DNA from: Octopus vulgaris
Taxonomy: Eukaryota
Direction of reading: 5' to 3'
Length of the DNA: 64,000 bases
NCBI GenBank assembly: GCA_951406725.2
Contig: OX597821.1
Coordinates: 2,108,001-2,172,000 of the forward strand
A model generated the notes under the pieces. The model was given only the letters and a program-made list of their open reading frames with translations, was not told where the DNA came from and searched no databases. Shown here in pieces: positions 50,635 through 64,000 of the stretch (position 1 is its first letter; every line of letters begins with the position of its first letter). Made by a program: the position numbers and the translations under genes.

Positions 50635-53600
50635 GCAGTTTGTCTGTCTGTTTGTCTGTGTGTCTGTGTGTACCCTCACCCTGACCACGGCTTTCAACCG
50701 ATTCTAATGAAACTTGACACACACATAGCCCAATGTCATAATTCAAAACTAACGCAGTGGAAATTTTGAAATGTTCCTCCAGTTCTGAAAAATTCGATAA
50801 ATTCTACATGGGGTCGAGAATCTAAGCTTTTCATATGCGACACATTTTCTGTTGTAGTTTTCGCAACTTGCAATCGAGTTTCACCAAACTCATAGTGAAT
50901 CTTAATGTTACCCTAAGAAACTTAATTCTGACGTTAGTTTTCCATGCAATACCTTACCATTAGAAAAAATCGATAAAATCATGCCATTTTGGGAAATCGC
51001 GTTCAAATTGAAGATGACATATTTTTGACAATATCTTTAACAAATTGGCAGGAATTTTTTTTTTAATTCACAGCGAGCATCATGTCTGCTCCAAGGAGCT
51101 ATATGGCCCTTTTTATTCCAATTGGATACTTTATTACTGGAAAAAATCGGTTAATTAAATCATATGTGGCATACATAGCAAACCGATTTGTGTATTAAAC
51201 ACAAACCACAGACTGTCTAGGGGACGTAACTCGACCTTCTTTAACTCTCTTACTCCCTCAAATAACAATCAAACAGCTATCGATAATTCAACCCACAGGA
51301 GGAAATCTAGACTTAATCTTCAAGGTATCCCACATACAAACCAAAGATTACATCGAAACCTCCAGACTAACCTAGGTTTTGGTGAACCAATTCCTACCAG
51401 GAAGAAATTACATTCGAGACTTTACCCCCAACACCGCCACTTCTGCTAATCGCTGCTGCTGCCGCAAGTTATTCCAACTCTTTTTTGTTTAAACTTTCTT
51501 TATAACTACCACCCCAAACGTTTTACCTTAAATTTTTGACGTACCCTAAGGGTCCTCGGACGCTACATGCAAACTCTTGGTTTATTATAAGCCGCTTTTG
51601 TCGTGTGCACCAAAAAACCTTTTCCATTCTATTGTTCAGTTTGGTCACTTTTCGCTTTTTCGTTGTTGTCACTCACATTGCTGCCCGCTTTTTTGCCGTT
51701 TTTGTACATTTTTATACATTTTGGGATACTTACCCCACGTGTTCCTTTTTATTACACCTTTGCCAAACACATTGCTATCCAGCAAAATACTTACCCCAAG
51801 TGTTCCTTTTTATTACACCTTTGCCAAACACATTGCTATCTACCAAAATGCCACCCAAGAAGAGAAGGACACTCCTCAGCCCACGGACGGCCAAGGCATC
51901 GGCTGCTAGGGCTAGAAGGGCACGGGAGACCCACGAGGAAACCGCCTTGTGCCTCTCGCAAAAAGCTTCCCGTTCTGCCGCTGCTCAGGCATCTGAAACT
52001 ACTAGCGACCGTTCTACCCGACTTGCGAGAGCCGCAGCGTACAGATCTTCCCTCCGCTCGAGGTTGACGAGGTTGAAGAGCAACAGTCCAGCCAAAACAT
52101 GCGGGCTTCTTCCTGTGCATCCATCCGTAGAGCTCGCGAGAACCCCGAACAAAGAGCCATTCGGAATGCGACTAAAGCCGAAACCTCACAGCAGAGGAGA
52201 ACTCGCCAAGCTGCTGACGCTGCAAGCACAGCCATGGCCCGATCTGGTGAAACTCCAGACCAACGAACTATTCGGACATCCAGTGATGCCATTAACACTG
52301 CTTCTGCTAGGGCTTCAGAGGGTGCTGAGGCGAGAGCTGAAAGGCTTTCAAGAGATTCCACTGCTACCGCTATCGCACGCGCATCTCAATCTGCTGAGGC
52401 ACGGCGCACTCGACTTCCAGGTGGCAGAACCACCCACTCTGCCTTCAGACTCCCGCTCGATCTGGCAAAGTCCGAGTCACCGATCTGCAACATCGCCAAG
52501 AACTCAGAATAGGCCGACATTCTGTGCAGATGCAGACTCATCGTATGGGATGAGCGCACTATGGCACACAAAGGCGCCCTTGAGGCACTGGACAGGTCCC
52601 TGCAAGACATCAGAGACTCTACGGCCCCCATGGGAGGATTGACTTTACTTCTTTCGGGAGACTTCAAGCAGACTCTGCCTGTTATTCCAAAAGGAACCCG
52701 TGCCGATGCCGTGCGCGCGTGCCTTAAGTCGTCAGCTCTTTGGGCACATGTGCGGCCCTTGCACCTCCAAACTAACATGTGCGCGCAGTTGATTGGTGAC
52801 AGCGGATCCGCTGCATTCTCTAGGGACCTTTTATCGCTCGGTGAAAATAGGATGCCGACTGATGCGGACGGCTGCGTTCAATTGGACTAACTGCACCCTG
52901 CTAGCCTCCGGGACGCTGTTTTCCACGACCTACAAAATAATTTACGCGACCTAAAATGGCTGGCAGGCAGAGCTATTCTCGCACCCAAAAATACAACCCT
53001 CAACTCCATCAATATCCAGCTACTTGAAGCTATTCCTGGTGATGTTCACGTCTACAAATCTATAGATATGACAGCAGACCCCGCCCAGCTTGCCGATTAT
53101 CCTGTTGAATTCCTGAATTCACTTGAACCGCCAGGCCTGCCGCCACACATCCTGAAGTTAAAAGTCGGTGCGCCCATTATGCTCATCAGGAATTTGGTTC
53201 CACCTAAACAGTGCAACGGCACACGTCTGCGCGTGAAACATTTGGCACCACATTTAATAACGGTCACAATACATACCGGTTGTGGCAAGGGAGAGGACGT
53301 CTTCATTCCACGCATGCACCTTCAACCATCGGGCGCTGACCGACCAATCCACTTCAGGCGTTCTCAGTTTCCTGTTAAACTCTGCTTCGCAATGTCCATC
53401 AATAAACCCAAGGCGAAACGCTACTAGTCGCTGGGTTACATTTGGGCGAACAGTGCTTCGCCCACGGTCAACTCTACGTGGGCTGTTCACGCGTTGAGAG
53501 GCGCAATAATGTTTTCATGTTTTCGCCCACAGAGACAACTAGGAACGTCGTATACACACAAGTATTGGAGTGAAGAGAAGACATTGCAACCTACACATGC

Positions 53601-53693
53601 GCCTTCGTTCCCTAGAGGGAAAGGACTAGATCGGGATTAGTCGTTGCCTACTAGGGGCTCTTACATACCTGGGCAACGCCGGGCTTCTGCTAG
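50620..53693 (+). mobile_element. Helitron, internally deleted and non-autonomous
   Basis: PIF1 helicase motifs GGRTTHSAF, LIVWDE, SGDFKQTLPV, AILAPKN, LKVGAPIMLIRNL, CNGTRL and QFPVKLCFAMSINK are present. The 3' end has the hairpin cctgggcaacgccggg and CTAG|T at 53690-53694. The 5' end merges with (TA)n. Confidence 0.9.
51848..53572 (+). pseudogene. Helitron RepHel pseudogene: N-terminal R/E/A-rich repeats fused to the C-terminal helicase
   Basis: Starts MPPKKRR. ETxEQRxxR-type repeats run directly into LPGGRT at ~52410. Stops occur at 52510 and 52888, and there are frameshifts. Confidence 0.85.
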
Positions 53694-53705
53694 TATATAT
53701 ATATG

Positions 53706-53749
<44 letters not shown>

Positions 53750-53784
53750 AATATATATGTATATATATATATATATATATAATA

Positions 53785-53844
<60 letters not shown>

Positions 53845-53907
53845 GAATATATATATATGTACACACACACATATATATATGTACATATATATATATGTAT
53901 ATATATA

Positions 53908-53950
<43 letters not shown>

Positions 53951-55213
53951 TTGACACAAACATATAAACTAAATCCATGTATATCTATATATACATATTT
54001 ATGCATGCATAGACGAAGTTATACACATCCATATTTACATACCAGCGTCAAATTCCATGTATAAATTGGGTGGAACCAACATTCTCAATTTACTACCACA
54101 ATATATTGGCATAATTCCGTTTTCAAAGACAGACATTTTTGTGAATTATTTTCACCAAACTACTTAACGAAGTCTCATCTTCTTTTCCAAATATCTCCTC
54201 ATACAAATATCAGATAAACCGTTAATCTTTTATTGTTAGTTGCAGTGTATTTAGATCAAACTCTTGGTTGATAATCATCCCACATATATGCATACGCACT
54301 GTCTGTGAACCGAGAAAGGATTATCGGTTCAGAAAGTAAAATGCATATTTTGCTTTACACTAAAAGCGAGACACTTGTAGATAATCCTGGAAATCCGTTG
54401 ATACCTCTCAAAACGGTTTCCTCCTAGAAGCACAGTCATAAAACCGAAGACGACGAAATTAGGTTAACGCCATTTTGGGTCAAATTTTCAGGTATTTTCA
54501 GGTAGTTCTCGGCATGGTTGCGTTGTAAGTAATATCCCTGCGTGGCACACTGCATGATACACTGAATCATCGTGAGTAGATCTGCTAGATACAAACTGAA
54601 CGAAACCCATCGTATCATATAATATATATGCGTATATGTACATCTCTGTGATTTCAGCTTCTGATTGTCACATATCACCTATTGCCAACCGTTGTTAATT
54701 TCTTTCCGTCCTTGTAACTTTGCCCTTCGGCAAAATAGATATGGAATGTGTAGGAAACTTTCTGCCCAATACATTTCAATTACTTTGAAATTTATAGAAA
54801 AAATAATAATTCATTAGTTTCATAGCGGGACATTTGCACTAATATAATTGACTATGTGTGCTTAAAATTTGTCTTTTGTACTGATGCATGCAATCATCAC
54901 GTGAAAGATTATAATCATTTTTACTCGACAATTATTTTTATATCTGAAGTAGTTTTGATTGTACCTTAGAAAGTAAAAATATATAAATGCACACCCCGAA
55001 ACACATAAAAAGGCGCACACTGACGCATGCATATGCATACACACACACATGCACACACAAACACACACAGACAGACGCAGGCACGCACATAAACGTGTAT
55101 ATATGCACATACATATACATATACATACATATATATATACACACACACTAATAGATACATAGATACATACATGCATACATGCATGTGTGTGTATTTGTGT
55201 TTATGTATGTATG

Positions 55214-55266
<53 letters not shown>

Positions 55267-55351
55267 ATATGTATATGTATATATATATATATATATATAC
55301 ATGTATATATATATGTATATGTATATGTACATATATGTATATATATATATA

Positions 55352-55401
<50 letters not shown>

Positions 55402-56309
55402 TATATATATAATGAAATAAATAATGAGGGTGATAAATTGAATATTAATTTAATTAATATCAATTTAAAACCGATAGCCTTGCAAAAAGAAAAATCTGAA
55501 AATTCAGAAAAAATTATAATACATGCGTATAATTCTGTACTTTTTATATTTTCAACTGTCTTACCTGCTTATGTTCTGGTGTTTGCTGAATTTCTCTAGA
55601 GAACATTCTTTTCTTTGTAATTATACGCATTTATATATATATATATATATATGTTTTGAGTAATCAGTAATATCAGGAACGGTTAAGATACTGGTTACCA
55701 GTTGGCAACTTTTCTACGACTCTCATGTGATGTGTGATATGACTGGAAGATGAGGGAAAAACTGCCGTCAGCTTATCGAGCGGATCGTTTATAAGTGGCT
55801 ATTTATGTGGCGTAAGTTTGTTTAAAACCCGCTCCACGAAATATTCAGTTTGTTTACACCTAAGAGGCAAATATTTGTTGTTGCTTGACACTCCAGATAA
55901 AATCTATTCTTTAATTCGACTAATTCCCTTAATTTACCTCAAAATACTGCGTCTCGCATCATATAAATATCTAAGATTATATATATATATGTATAATACA
56001 TCTTATATGTTTATGCATCTCCTTCAGGATAGGAAGACTACTGATGTGGAATGCTCAACAAACAAGCCTTTAATACGATCAACGTTCTTAACTGATCTAA
56101 ATCAAAATAACTACTGCTATTTTTTATTATGAATTTTTACGTTAGTTTCTTCTGTATAACTCATGCCCATAACTGTACAAAGCTACGAGTCTGCGTATTA
56201 CTGCATAATGTGTGCAGTGTATCTGGAATGATATCATACTCATATAAATATGCATGCATTTATGCATCTCTGCATACATACAAGCAATCATACATATATT
56301 ATATTGCAT

Positions 56310-56400
<91 letters not shown>

Positions 56401-57044
56401 ATATATATATAGATATATATGTATGTATATATATATATATATATGTGTATATATATGTATGTATTTATGTATTTATTTATATGTGTGCGTGTGTAAGTAC
56501 AGATCTGTGTGTGCGCTTCTACGCGTGAATCGGAGTAACCGATACTGGATAATGTTCTTGTCCCTATTTTCTGTTCCTTATTAAGTTGCCTTCATTTTGT
56601 TTATATTCCTAATTAATATTTTATTTCTATACTCACTTGATATATTACATTATTGTATTATTATAATATTATATCATTATGTTATTCTTCGTTCATTTTC
56701 TACCTGTCTTTCCTATAATATTCGGTGGTTTTTTCGATTTTTTTGTTGTCTTTCTTTCTCATTTTACGTTTTGCTTCTCTGGTATGCTTTAGTCACTTCA
56801 TATGCCTTCCAATAATACTATCTGATTATATTTTATGCGGTCTCGGTAATAAATTACTTTCTTCTGTGTCAAGTTTCGTGCTGAGTTAGCCATTTTGAAT
56901 TTTTTGTTTTTTGTCGTAGATAATTGGGAGAAAGAAAACGAAAAAAAAAGGCGCACAAAGGAAACAAAGAAAAAAACAGAAATAAAAAACATTAACATTT
57001 TCTCATTTGTTGCACTTTTTGTTAATTTTCTCTATCGTACTCCT

Positions 57045-57077
57045 CTCATCAACATCCTTGACGTCGTCGACTTCATC

Positions 57078-57111
<34 letters not shown>

Positions 57112-57137
57112 TCACTCTCGCCGTCATCATCGTCATT

Positions 57138-57168
<31 letters not shown>

Positions 57169-57194
57169 CCACCACCACCACCACCATCATCATC

Positions 57195-57260
<66 letters not shown>

Positions 57261-57326
57261 GTCGTCATCGTCATCATCATCATCATCATCACCATCATCA
57301 TCGTCATCATCATCATCATCATCACT
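57045..57326. repeat. (CAT)n trinucleotide repeat
   Basis: Directly visible in the sequence. Confidence 0.95.
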
Positions 57327-57800
57327 ACTACGAGACATACAGCATCTCGAAAGAGTCCAGAAGCTGGCTACCCGCATGGTTCTTGGCCTCAAGCATTTGT
57401 CTTATGAAGAAAGGCTGAAGACGCTCGACCTTTATTTTCTAGAAAAACGACGACGCCGTGGAGGTCTCATTCTTGCTCACAACATCATAAGCGGAAAGTG
57501 TAACCTCTCGAAAGAGCTGTTCTTCACTCCTGCTCCAGAGCGTCGGCTGCGGGGTCACTCCGAAAAGCTCTATCTGCGACGATTTCATCTCAATCGAAGG
57601 AGAGGAGCTTTCTCCGTCCGGGTTGCGGATCCGTAGAATAAGCTGCCGGACAAGATAGGGAAGATGCCGACGACCGCTCGGTTCAAAGACTGTCTTGACC
57701 AGAAATGGCCTGAATTCTTTGCATGAACACCCACCCTGTACATAACTCCATGTCCCCCTACATGGCCTTGCTTTTTGAGCCAAAAATTAACTAACTACTA
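57327..57800 (+). mobile_element. 5'-truncated CR1 LINE (3' end of ORF2, 3' UTR and tail)
   Basis: Translates as RDIQHLERVQKLATRMVLGLKHLSYEERLKTLDLYFLEKRRRRGGLI...LRGHSEKL...FSVRVADP*NKLP, with the tail aactaactacta. Confidence 0.9.
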
Positions 57801-57929
57801 TTTGTATTATCGTAGTCGTATTTATTGCTTCTATTGTTGTAGGGGTTGTTGTTGCTGTTGTTGTTTTCACTCTTCTTGTTCTTCTTCTTACAATGATGAT
57901 GATGATTATCATCGTCATCATTATAGTGG

Positions 57930-57932
<3 letters not shown>

Positions 57933-57991
<59 letters not shown>

Positions 57992-58062
57992 ATTATTATT
58001 ATTAATATTATTATTAGTATTATTATTGGTATTATAACAATAATTTTATTATTATTATTATT

Positions 58063-58124
<62 letters not shown>

Positions 58125-58170
58125 TAAAATTATTGTTATCATCATCATAATCATCATCATCATTATTATT
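57933..58170. repeat. (ATT)n followed by (AAT)n
   Basis: Directly visible; the polarity switches near 58065. Confidence 0.9.
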
Positions 58171-58388
58171 TGAATCCGACGTGATTCCCTTGCAACACGA
58201 GGCGTAGCGCCAGTCTTCTAATGAAAGGCTGAAATGAGTACAACACTATTTCTCGGGTATGTTTAAGAACTATATTTGCAGGTTACATTAGTTGTTCATT
58301 GCTCGAATGCAAATAGTTTTTTTCCCGTTTATGGTGTTGTATATGTTGTCGTAGTTGTTGCTATGGCTGCTGATGTTGTTTTCACACG

Positions 58389-58960
58389 TCTTCTTTTTCT
58401 TTTTCGTCTTCTTCTTCTTCTTCTTCTTCTTCTTCTTCTTCTTCTTCTTTTCTTCTTCTTCTTCTTTTTTCTTCTTTTTCGTCTTCTTCTTCTCTTTCTT
58501 CTTCTTCTTCTTCTTCTTCTTTTCTTCTTCTTCTTCATCTTTTTCTTCTTTTTCGTCTTCTTCTTCTTTTTCTTCTTCTTCTTCTTCTCCTTATTCTTTA
58601 TCTTTTCTTCTTCTTCTTCTTCTTTTTCTTCTTCTCCTCCTTCTTCTTCTCCTCCTCCTCCTTCTTCTTCTTCTTCTTCTTCTTTTTCTTCTTCTTCTGC
58701 TCCTTCTCCTCCTTCTTCTTCTTCTTCTTTTTCTTCTTTTTCTCCTTTTTCAACTCCTCCTTCTTCATATTTTCTTCTTCTCATCCTCCTTCTTCATATT
58801 TTCTTCTTCTTCTCCTCCTCCTCCTTCTCCTTCTTCTTCTTCTTCTTCTTCTTCTTCTTCTTCTTCTTCTTCTCCTCACCCTCATCTTCCTGCTCCTCCT
58901 CCTCCTCCGTCGTCGTCGTCTTCATGTTCTTCGTCGTCGCCGTCGCCGTTGTCCTCTTCT
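58389..58960. repeat. Degenerate (CTT/CCT)n polypyrimidine tract
   Basis: Directly visible, about 570 bp long. Confidence 0.95.
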
Positions 58961-59342
58961 TCCCATTATGGTGACGTATATGGTGCGATATGGATGAAGT
59001 TAGCAACAAATATGACAAATATGGTAAATGTATAACTAAAGGTACAGATTCGATGCACTCCAATGGAATTCAAAGTGTTAAACTAATCTAAGAGTAACAT
59101 AAATCCAAGAATTATGAAAACCAAATCATCGTCGGAAGGACGTAGACGATTCGTGTGAACGTGCAATAATTGGCAACATAAAAACAAATGTCTTCAACAC
59201 AACAGGAGATGTGTGGGATGGAGTGTAGGTCAAGAGGTCACAGCAGGTGTGTCCAAAAAATTCCAAAGGACATAAAAGAGGATCAATAAGATATCCGAAG
59301 TGAAGAACGAGTATATAGTGTAAATAACCGAGTATATAATCC

Positions 59343-59414
59343 TGGGATGTAGTTCAGTGGTAGAGCGTTCGCTTTGCATGCAAAAGGCCCCGGGTTCGAT
59401 CCATGGCATCTCCA
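59343..59414 (+). tRNA. tRNA-Ala(TGC), probably a pseudogene
   Basis: tgggatgtagttcagtggtagagcg-ttcgc-ttTGCat-gcaaa-aggcc-ccgggttcgatccatgg-catctcca is followed by a T5 run. There are mismatches in the first acceptor pair, the anticodon stem (C:A) and the T stem (G:A). Confidence 0.8.
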
Positions 59415-59428
59415 GAATATTTTTCATA

Positions 59429-59560
59429 GGCGCAGGAGTTCCACATGGTTCCGGGTTCAGTCCCACTGCGTGGCACCTTGGGCAAGTGTCTTCTACTATA
59501 GCCTCAGCCGACCAAAGCCTAGTGAGGAGATTTGTTAGACGGAAACTGAAAGAAGCCCGT
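59429..59560 (+). mobile_element. SINE family A 5' part with the A-box region deleted
   Basis: ggcgcaggagtt|ccacatggttccgggttcagtccc lacks the gctgtgtggtaag...accaa segment. Confidence 0.75.
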
Positions 59561-59678
59561 CATACATACATATCTATTGCACACACACCCGTTTCCATAT
59601 CCTAGCTTGAACAAGAAGCTTTCACTCACAACGTCTCATACACATACATATACGCAACCACATACATACATACATACA

Positions 59679-59747
<69 letters not shown>

Positions 59748-60258
59748 GTGTGTATACACATCTATCCGTACACATACGTATACACACAAAGACATACCTG
59801 CACACACAATAGCACCAACTCATTCACGCTCGCTCCACCTCGCTCTAGACCACTAAATCTATCCACTGCTCTTAACCTGTTTGCTCCATTTCCTCGCACA
59901 CTCACTCATCATTCACACAAACACAAACACACAAGTATATAGACACTGCTAAACTGACACAATGGAAATTTCTGCACTTTGCAGCCTCCAAATATTCTTT
60001 TCTCCCCATATTTCAACTTCCAGGCATCTATTTTTTAGCCATGTAGCCAAACATATTATTTTCTCGCACTATTCCTTTCATTCTCTTGTGAGTTTTTCCT
60101 TTATGCGTTTTCCGACGAAAAGCCAGGCCCAAAACGTCACAACACTTCTTTTTTGCATCTATCTTTTTCTGAGCATCGATCTAATATATTCACTGTGTAT
60201 GTCCTTTTGATATTTGTTCTGGTCTTTCTGCTTTAGTATTTTATTTTGGCTTGCCACC

Positions 60259-60337
<79 letters not shown>

Positions 60338-60593
60338 AAGAAAGTCAAGACAGAAAATGCTAAAATAATTTTATAAAAAACATTTCAGTACCGGTTTCAG
60401 TCATTGAGACTTTTTCAACTGCAACAATTAAACAATTAAATTGGGAAAAATTAAAAGTAAAGTTTGTTTTTAAAGAATATTTGTTGTATAGTGTTCAAAT
60501 ACAAGGGACATTTTCCTTGTTTCTGCATGTCTCTCTCTCTGTCTCTCTTGTTTACTCTTGGGGATTCGAGGTCGTTGTGAATTCTTGGAAGGG

Positions 60594-60648
60594 AAGAAGA
60601 AGAAGAAGAAGAAGAAGAAGAAGAAGAAGAAGAAGAAGAAGAAGAAGA
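60594..60648. repeat. (GAA)n
   Basis: Directly visible in the sequence. Confidence 0.95.
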
Positions 60649-61005
60649 ATGTGGGAGTGCCATAACAGTAGTATGTTTGAATGGTCAGCTGCACTGGCCC
60701 GAAAATGACCCGCTGGCTCTTTTCAAGAGTCAAAACTATTGAAAAGGTTGGAAGACGCAACGAAAATATTAGGAAAATATCAATAAGAAATAAGTGGATA
60801 TTTTACCGGTAAGTGTATTAAATTATAAGGCACAAAAAGAAAATGACTCTCCCCAGACAAAACAGAATAAGCTTCAACAAACGAACTCACATAAAAAATA
60901 TTGCAAAGTAAATCCAAAATCGGTTATTACCCGGGCTAAAAGCATTGAATGCTTGTAGGGGACAAACGCAAATACACACACAGAAAGAGATTATTACTTT
61001 CATTA

Positions 61006-61072
<67 letters not shown>

Positions 61073-61129
61073 GAACAACAAGACATTATATATATATAAA
61101 GTTCTACATACATACATACATACATACAT

Positions 61130-61172
<43 letters not shown>

Positions 61173-61231
61173 CGAAAATTTATCCATTGTATATCCTTTG
61201 TATAGATGCACATAATATGTACGTATGTATG

Positions 61232-61269
<38 letters not shown>

Positions 61270-61294
61270 GTATGTATATATATGTAGATATAAA

Positions 61295-62203
61295 TACCAA
61301 AGGGTAGCCGAAAGGAACTGGAATTTTGCGATATTATTTCATTCACTCAGATTTATATGTTTACACTTTTAGCGCCTTCAAAGTAATCCCCATTTGAAGC
61401 AAGGCATTGCACCAGGCGCATTTTCCACTGTTTGAAGCAGTGCTGGAACTCTTGAGAAATAATGCATTTTAAAGCCTCTGTCAATTATTTGGTTGTTGTT
61501 TGCTTCTTCCAAGTCTGCAAATTCTGTAGCACCAGACTTCATCACCAGTGATGATCTTCGAAAAAGATCTGGAGCAACTTCCAAACTGTTCTTCCAGTTC
61601 ACGACACTCATTCAGTCGTGACTGCTTTTGCTTTTCCGTGAGCAGGCGAGGCCCAAATCTTGCTGCAATTCTTTCCAATTATAATTCCTCGCATAAAGTT
61701 CGTTGGCAGGGGCTCCAGGACACAACAGTCATATCAACAAGTTCATCAAATATTCGGTGACGGCCCTCCAAGATTAGCTCATGTATATTCGTGATGTTCT
61801 CATTCGTTTGGAAGGTCGATAGACGTCTTGAATGAGGCTGGTCTTCAAACGACAATGACCATTCCTTGAGCATGAAAACCGCTCGTAAACTTGTGTTTCG
61901 CTCATGGCAGCGTCCTTGTAAGTTGTTTGAAGCATGTTAACTCTTTCGACCGCTGTTTTCCCAAGCAGATAACAGAAGTTCACGGAAACACGCTATTCTT
62001 TCTTTTCAGCCATCACAGAAATCGACACAATGTGGAGAAGCACTGCAAATCAAAGACACATGACATCAAGGCAGCCCTCCTGACGCCAGTCGGCAGACTG
62101 ACAACCGAGGCTTGTACCAAATGGCTCTAGCGGCAAAAGCCTGAAATACAACGGTCTGGTCCCGCAGACAAATTTTCCTGTTAGTTTTGAGTACCACCTC
62201 GTA
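61295..62203 (-). mobile_element. mariner relic (second family), internally deleted
   Basis: Motifs NFCYLLGKTAVE, EDQPHSRRLST, ARFGPRLLTEKQK and KIITGDEVWCY are present. The ends tacgaggtggtactcaaaa (minus strand) and taccaaagggtagccgaaag are imperfect TIR-like sequences. Confidence 0.8.
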
Positions 62204-62942
62204 TATAAGTGTGCAGGTAGTTTCCATACATTTTGCATTGCATGCAGTTGCACACTTACATGCACACACACACGGACACACTCAGACACACACACATATT
62301 ATGCGTTCAGTCTTTAGTCATTTAAGTAGTATAGAAACGGGGCCTAAAAATGTGCATGTGCAGTGATGCTTTTCAAATATAGACATGCCGCCAATTGTAC
62401 GTTAGGATGTACTAGAAAGCGGCGTATATTGTTGTATAGATATCAACGTTTAGATCTTAAACTCTAATAGACAACTAGAACATTTCATAAAATTTGAATA
62501 TCATATTTACTAGTTTTTAATGTATTATTTGACATTATTTTATGTATTTCCTTGAATTTATTGTGATTATTTAACCTAAATATATATCTATAGCTCAACA
62601 AGATATATGATCATTGTGTTGTAAGCTATGGCTACATACACAAGTACGCCTGAGACGCATACATACACACACACATGTACACTCACATGTATAGATACGC
62701 ATACATAAGAGTGTGTATTCCATGCAGCCAACACACATGACTGTACGCAAGTATATATTTATGCGAATATATACAGTCATGCGCACATACATGTGTACGT
62801 GTGTGTATACATATTTATGTATATATTTGAATGCATTGTCGTATATTGAGAAAACGTCTTCCCGATAATTGCACACAGACTCTACGCTGTTTATACACAT
62901 ACACAATACACGCAGGCATACATATATATACATACATGCGTG

Positions 62943-62985
<43 letters not shown>

Positions 62986-63013
62986 ACCTATATATATATG
63001 TATGTATGTATAC

Positions 63014-63044
<31 letters not shown>

Positions 63045-63106
63045 CATATGTATATATGTATATATATATATGTATAAATATGTATACGTATATATATACA
63101 TATATA

Positions 63107-63141
<35 letters not shown>

Positions 63142-64000
63142 ATGTGTGTATGTATGTATGATATACACACATATTCTCACAAGCATACATGTACGCACTG
63201 ACTGTACGGTCACACACATCGGATTGACGTTAGCACTAGCATTGGCAGAACTATTACTTCCACGCGAAAAACTTTACTCAAGCGATCTGGAAGGCTTTTG
63301 GCCCAATTCAGTTATGCCAAGTGCACTCTTCTGTTGCGTGAAATACCGTTTCTTTACAAATGAATAGGCTACCATGTTGTCTTTTGTTATTTCTCTCTCG
63401 TCGTCAACATTCGCTACAGTATCTCCCTCTCTCTCTTGTTCTCAATTTCTTTTCCTTCATCCTCGTCCTCCCTATGGCTCTCTCACTCCTTCTTTCTTTA
63501 ACATTGTTTTAGCACTATATATTTGATTTCTTCTGTGTCTTTTCTTTGTTTGGTTCTTCCGTTTTTGCCAGTACTTCCTGTGTATATGGAGGAGTGTGCT
63601 TATTGTCCTAGCTAACATTTCTTCGTTATCCTATATTGCCAAACGTTATAACATTTTATAATATTCATTTCTCCCCATTTTCTAGCCTTTGTTTCTACTA
63701 TACTTTCTTTCCTTCCTTCTTTCATTTCGCATTTCCTTACTTAATACTATCCGCCTTTCCAGCTCGCCTTATTTCCCTTTTTCTTTTATTGCCAAGAAAT
63801 TTTTGAAATAAACTGAATGACATAGCCTTTCACACTGACACTACACTTTCTTTCTTTCTCCCATTCCCTCTCTCCTCCTCCCTCCCTCCATTTATTTACG
63901 TATTAGGTTATACATTTCTTCCTTTCCTTCTTTCTTTCTTTTCTTAATCTCCGTGTGCTCTGTGGAGTCTTTTGTCCAACTTTACGTTGTATCTCTTTCT

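Noticed and set aside
51536-52642. 368 aa ORF as an intact gene
   Set aside because: It starts at a non-ATG codon upstream of MPPKKRR and runs out of the Helitron frame after a frameshift; it is part of the RepHel pseudogene.
57003-59063. PolyD/S/M/I/F/K/E ORFs
   Set aside because: They are trinucleotide repeat translations; only the CR1 part from 57327 derives from coding sequence.

Overview
This is AT-rich, microsatellite-dense eukaryotic DNA. The SINE sequences and the TA/CA microsatellite load suggest an octopod cephalopod, but that is an inference from remembered repeat sequences. No host protein-coding exon can be supported, and nearly all ORFs in the track are translations of microsatellites. 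The dominant structure is a young Penelope-like retroelement (PLE) of about 12.8 kb at ~1790-14608. Its 5'-truncated RT plus GIY-YIG ORF (minus strand, 5272-6521) lies between two near-identical inverted arms of about 3.3 kb. These arms are mostly TA/CA microsatellite and each ends in a complete-looking hammerhead ribozyme. An apparently intact CR1-group LINE has inserted into the right arm; its ORF1 has polyQ and two CCCH fingers, and its ORF2 has APE and RT domains. The rest of the window holds older PLE relics with fold-back ends, further hammerhead-like motifs, an internally deleted Helitron, three mariner relics, palindromic MITEs, CR1/RTE/Tx1-like LINE fragments, many SINE copies and a probable tRNA-Ala pseudogene.
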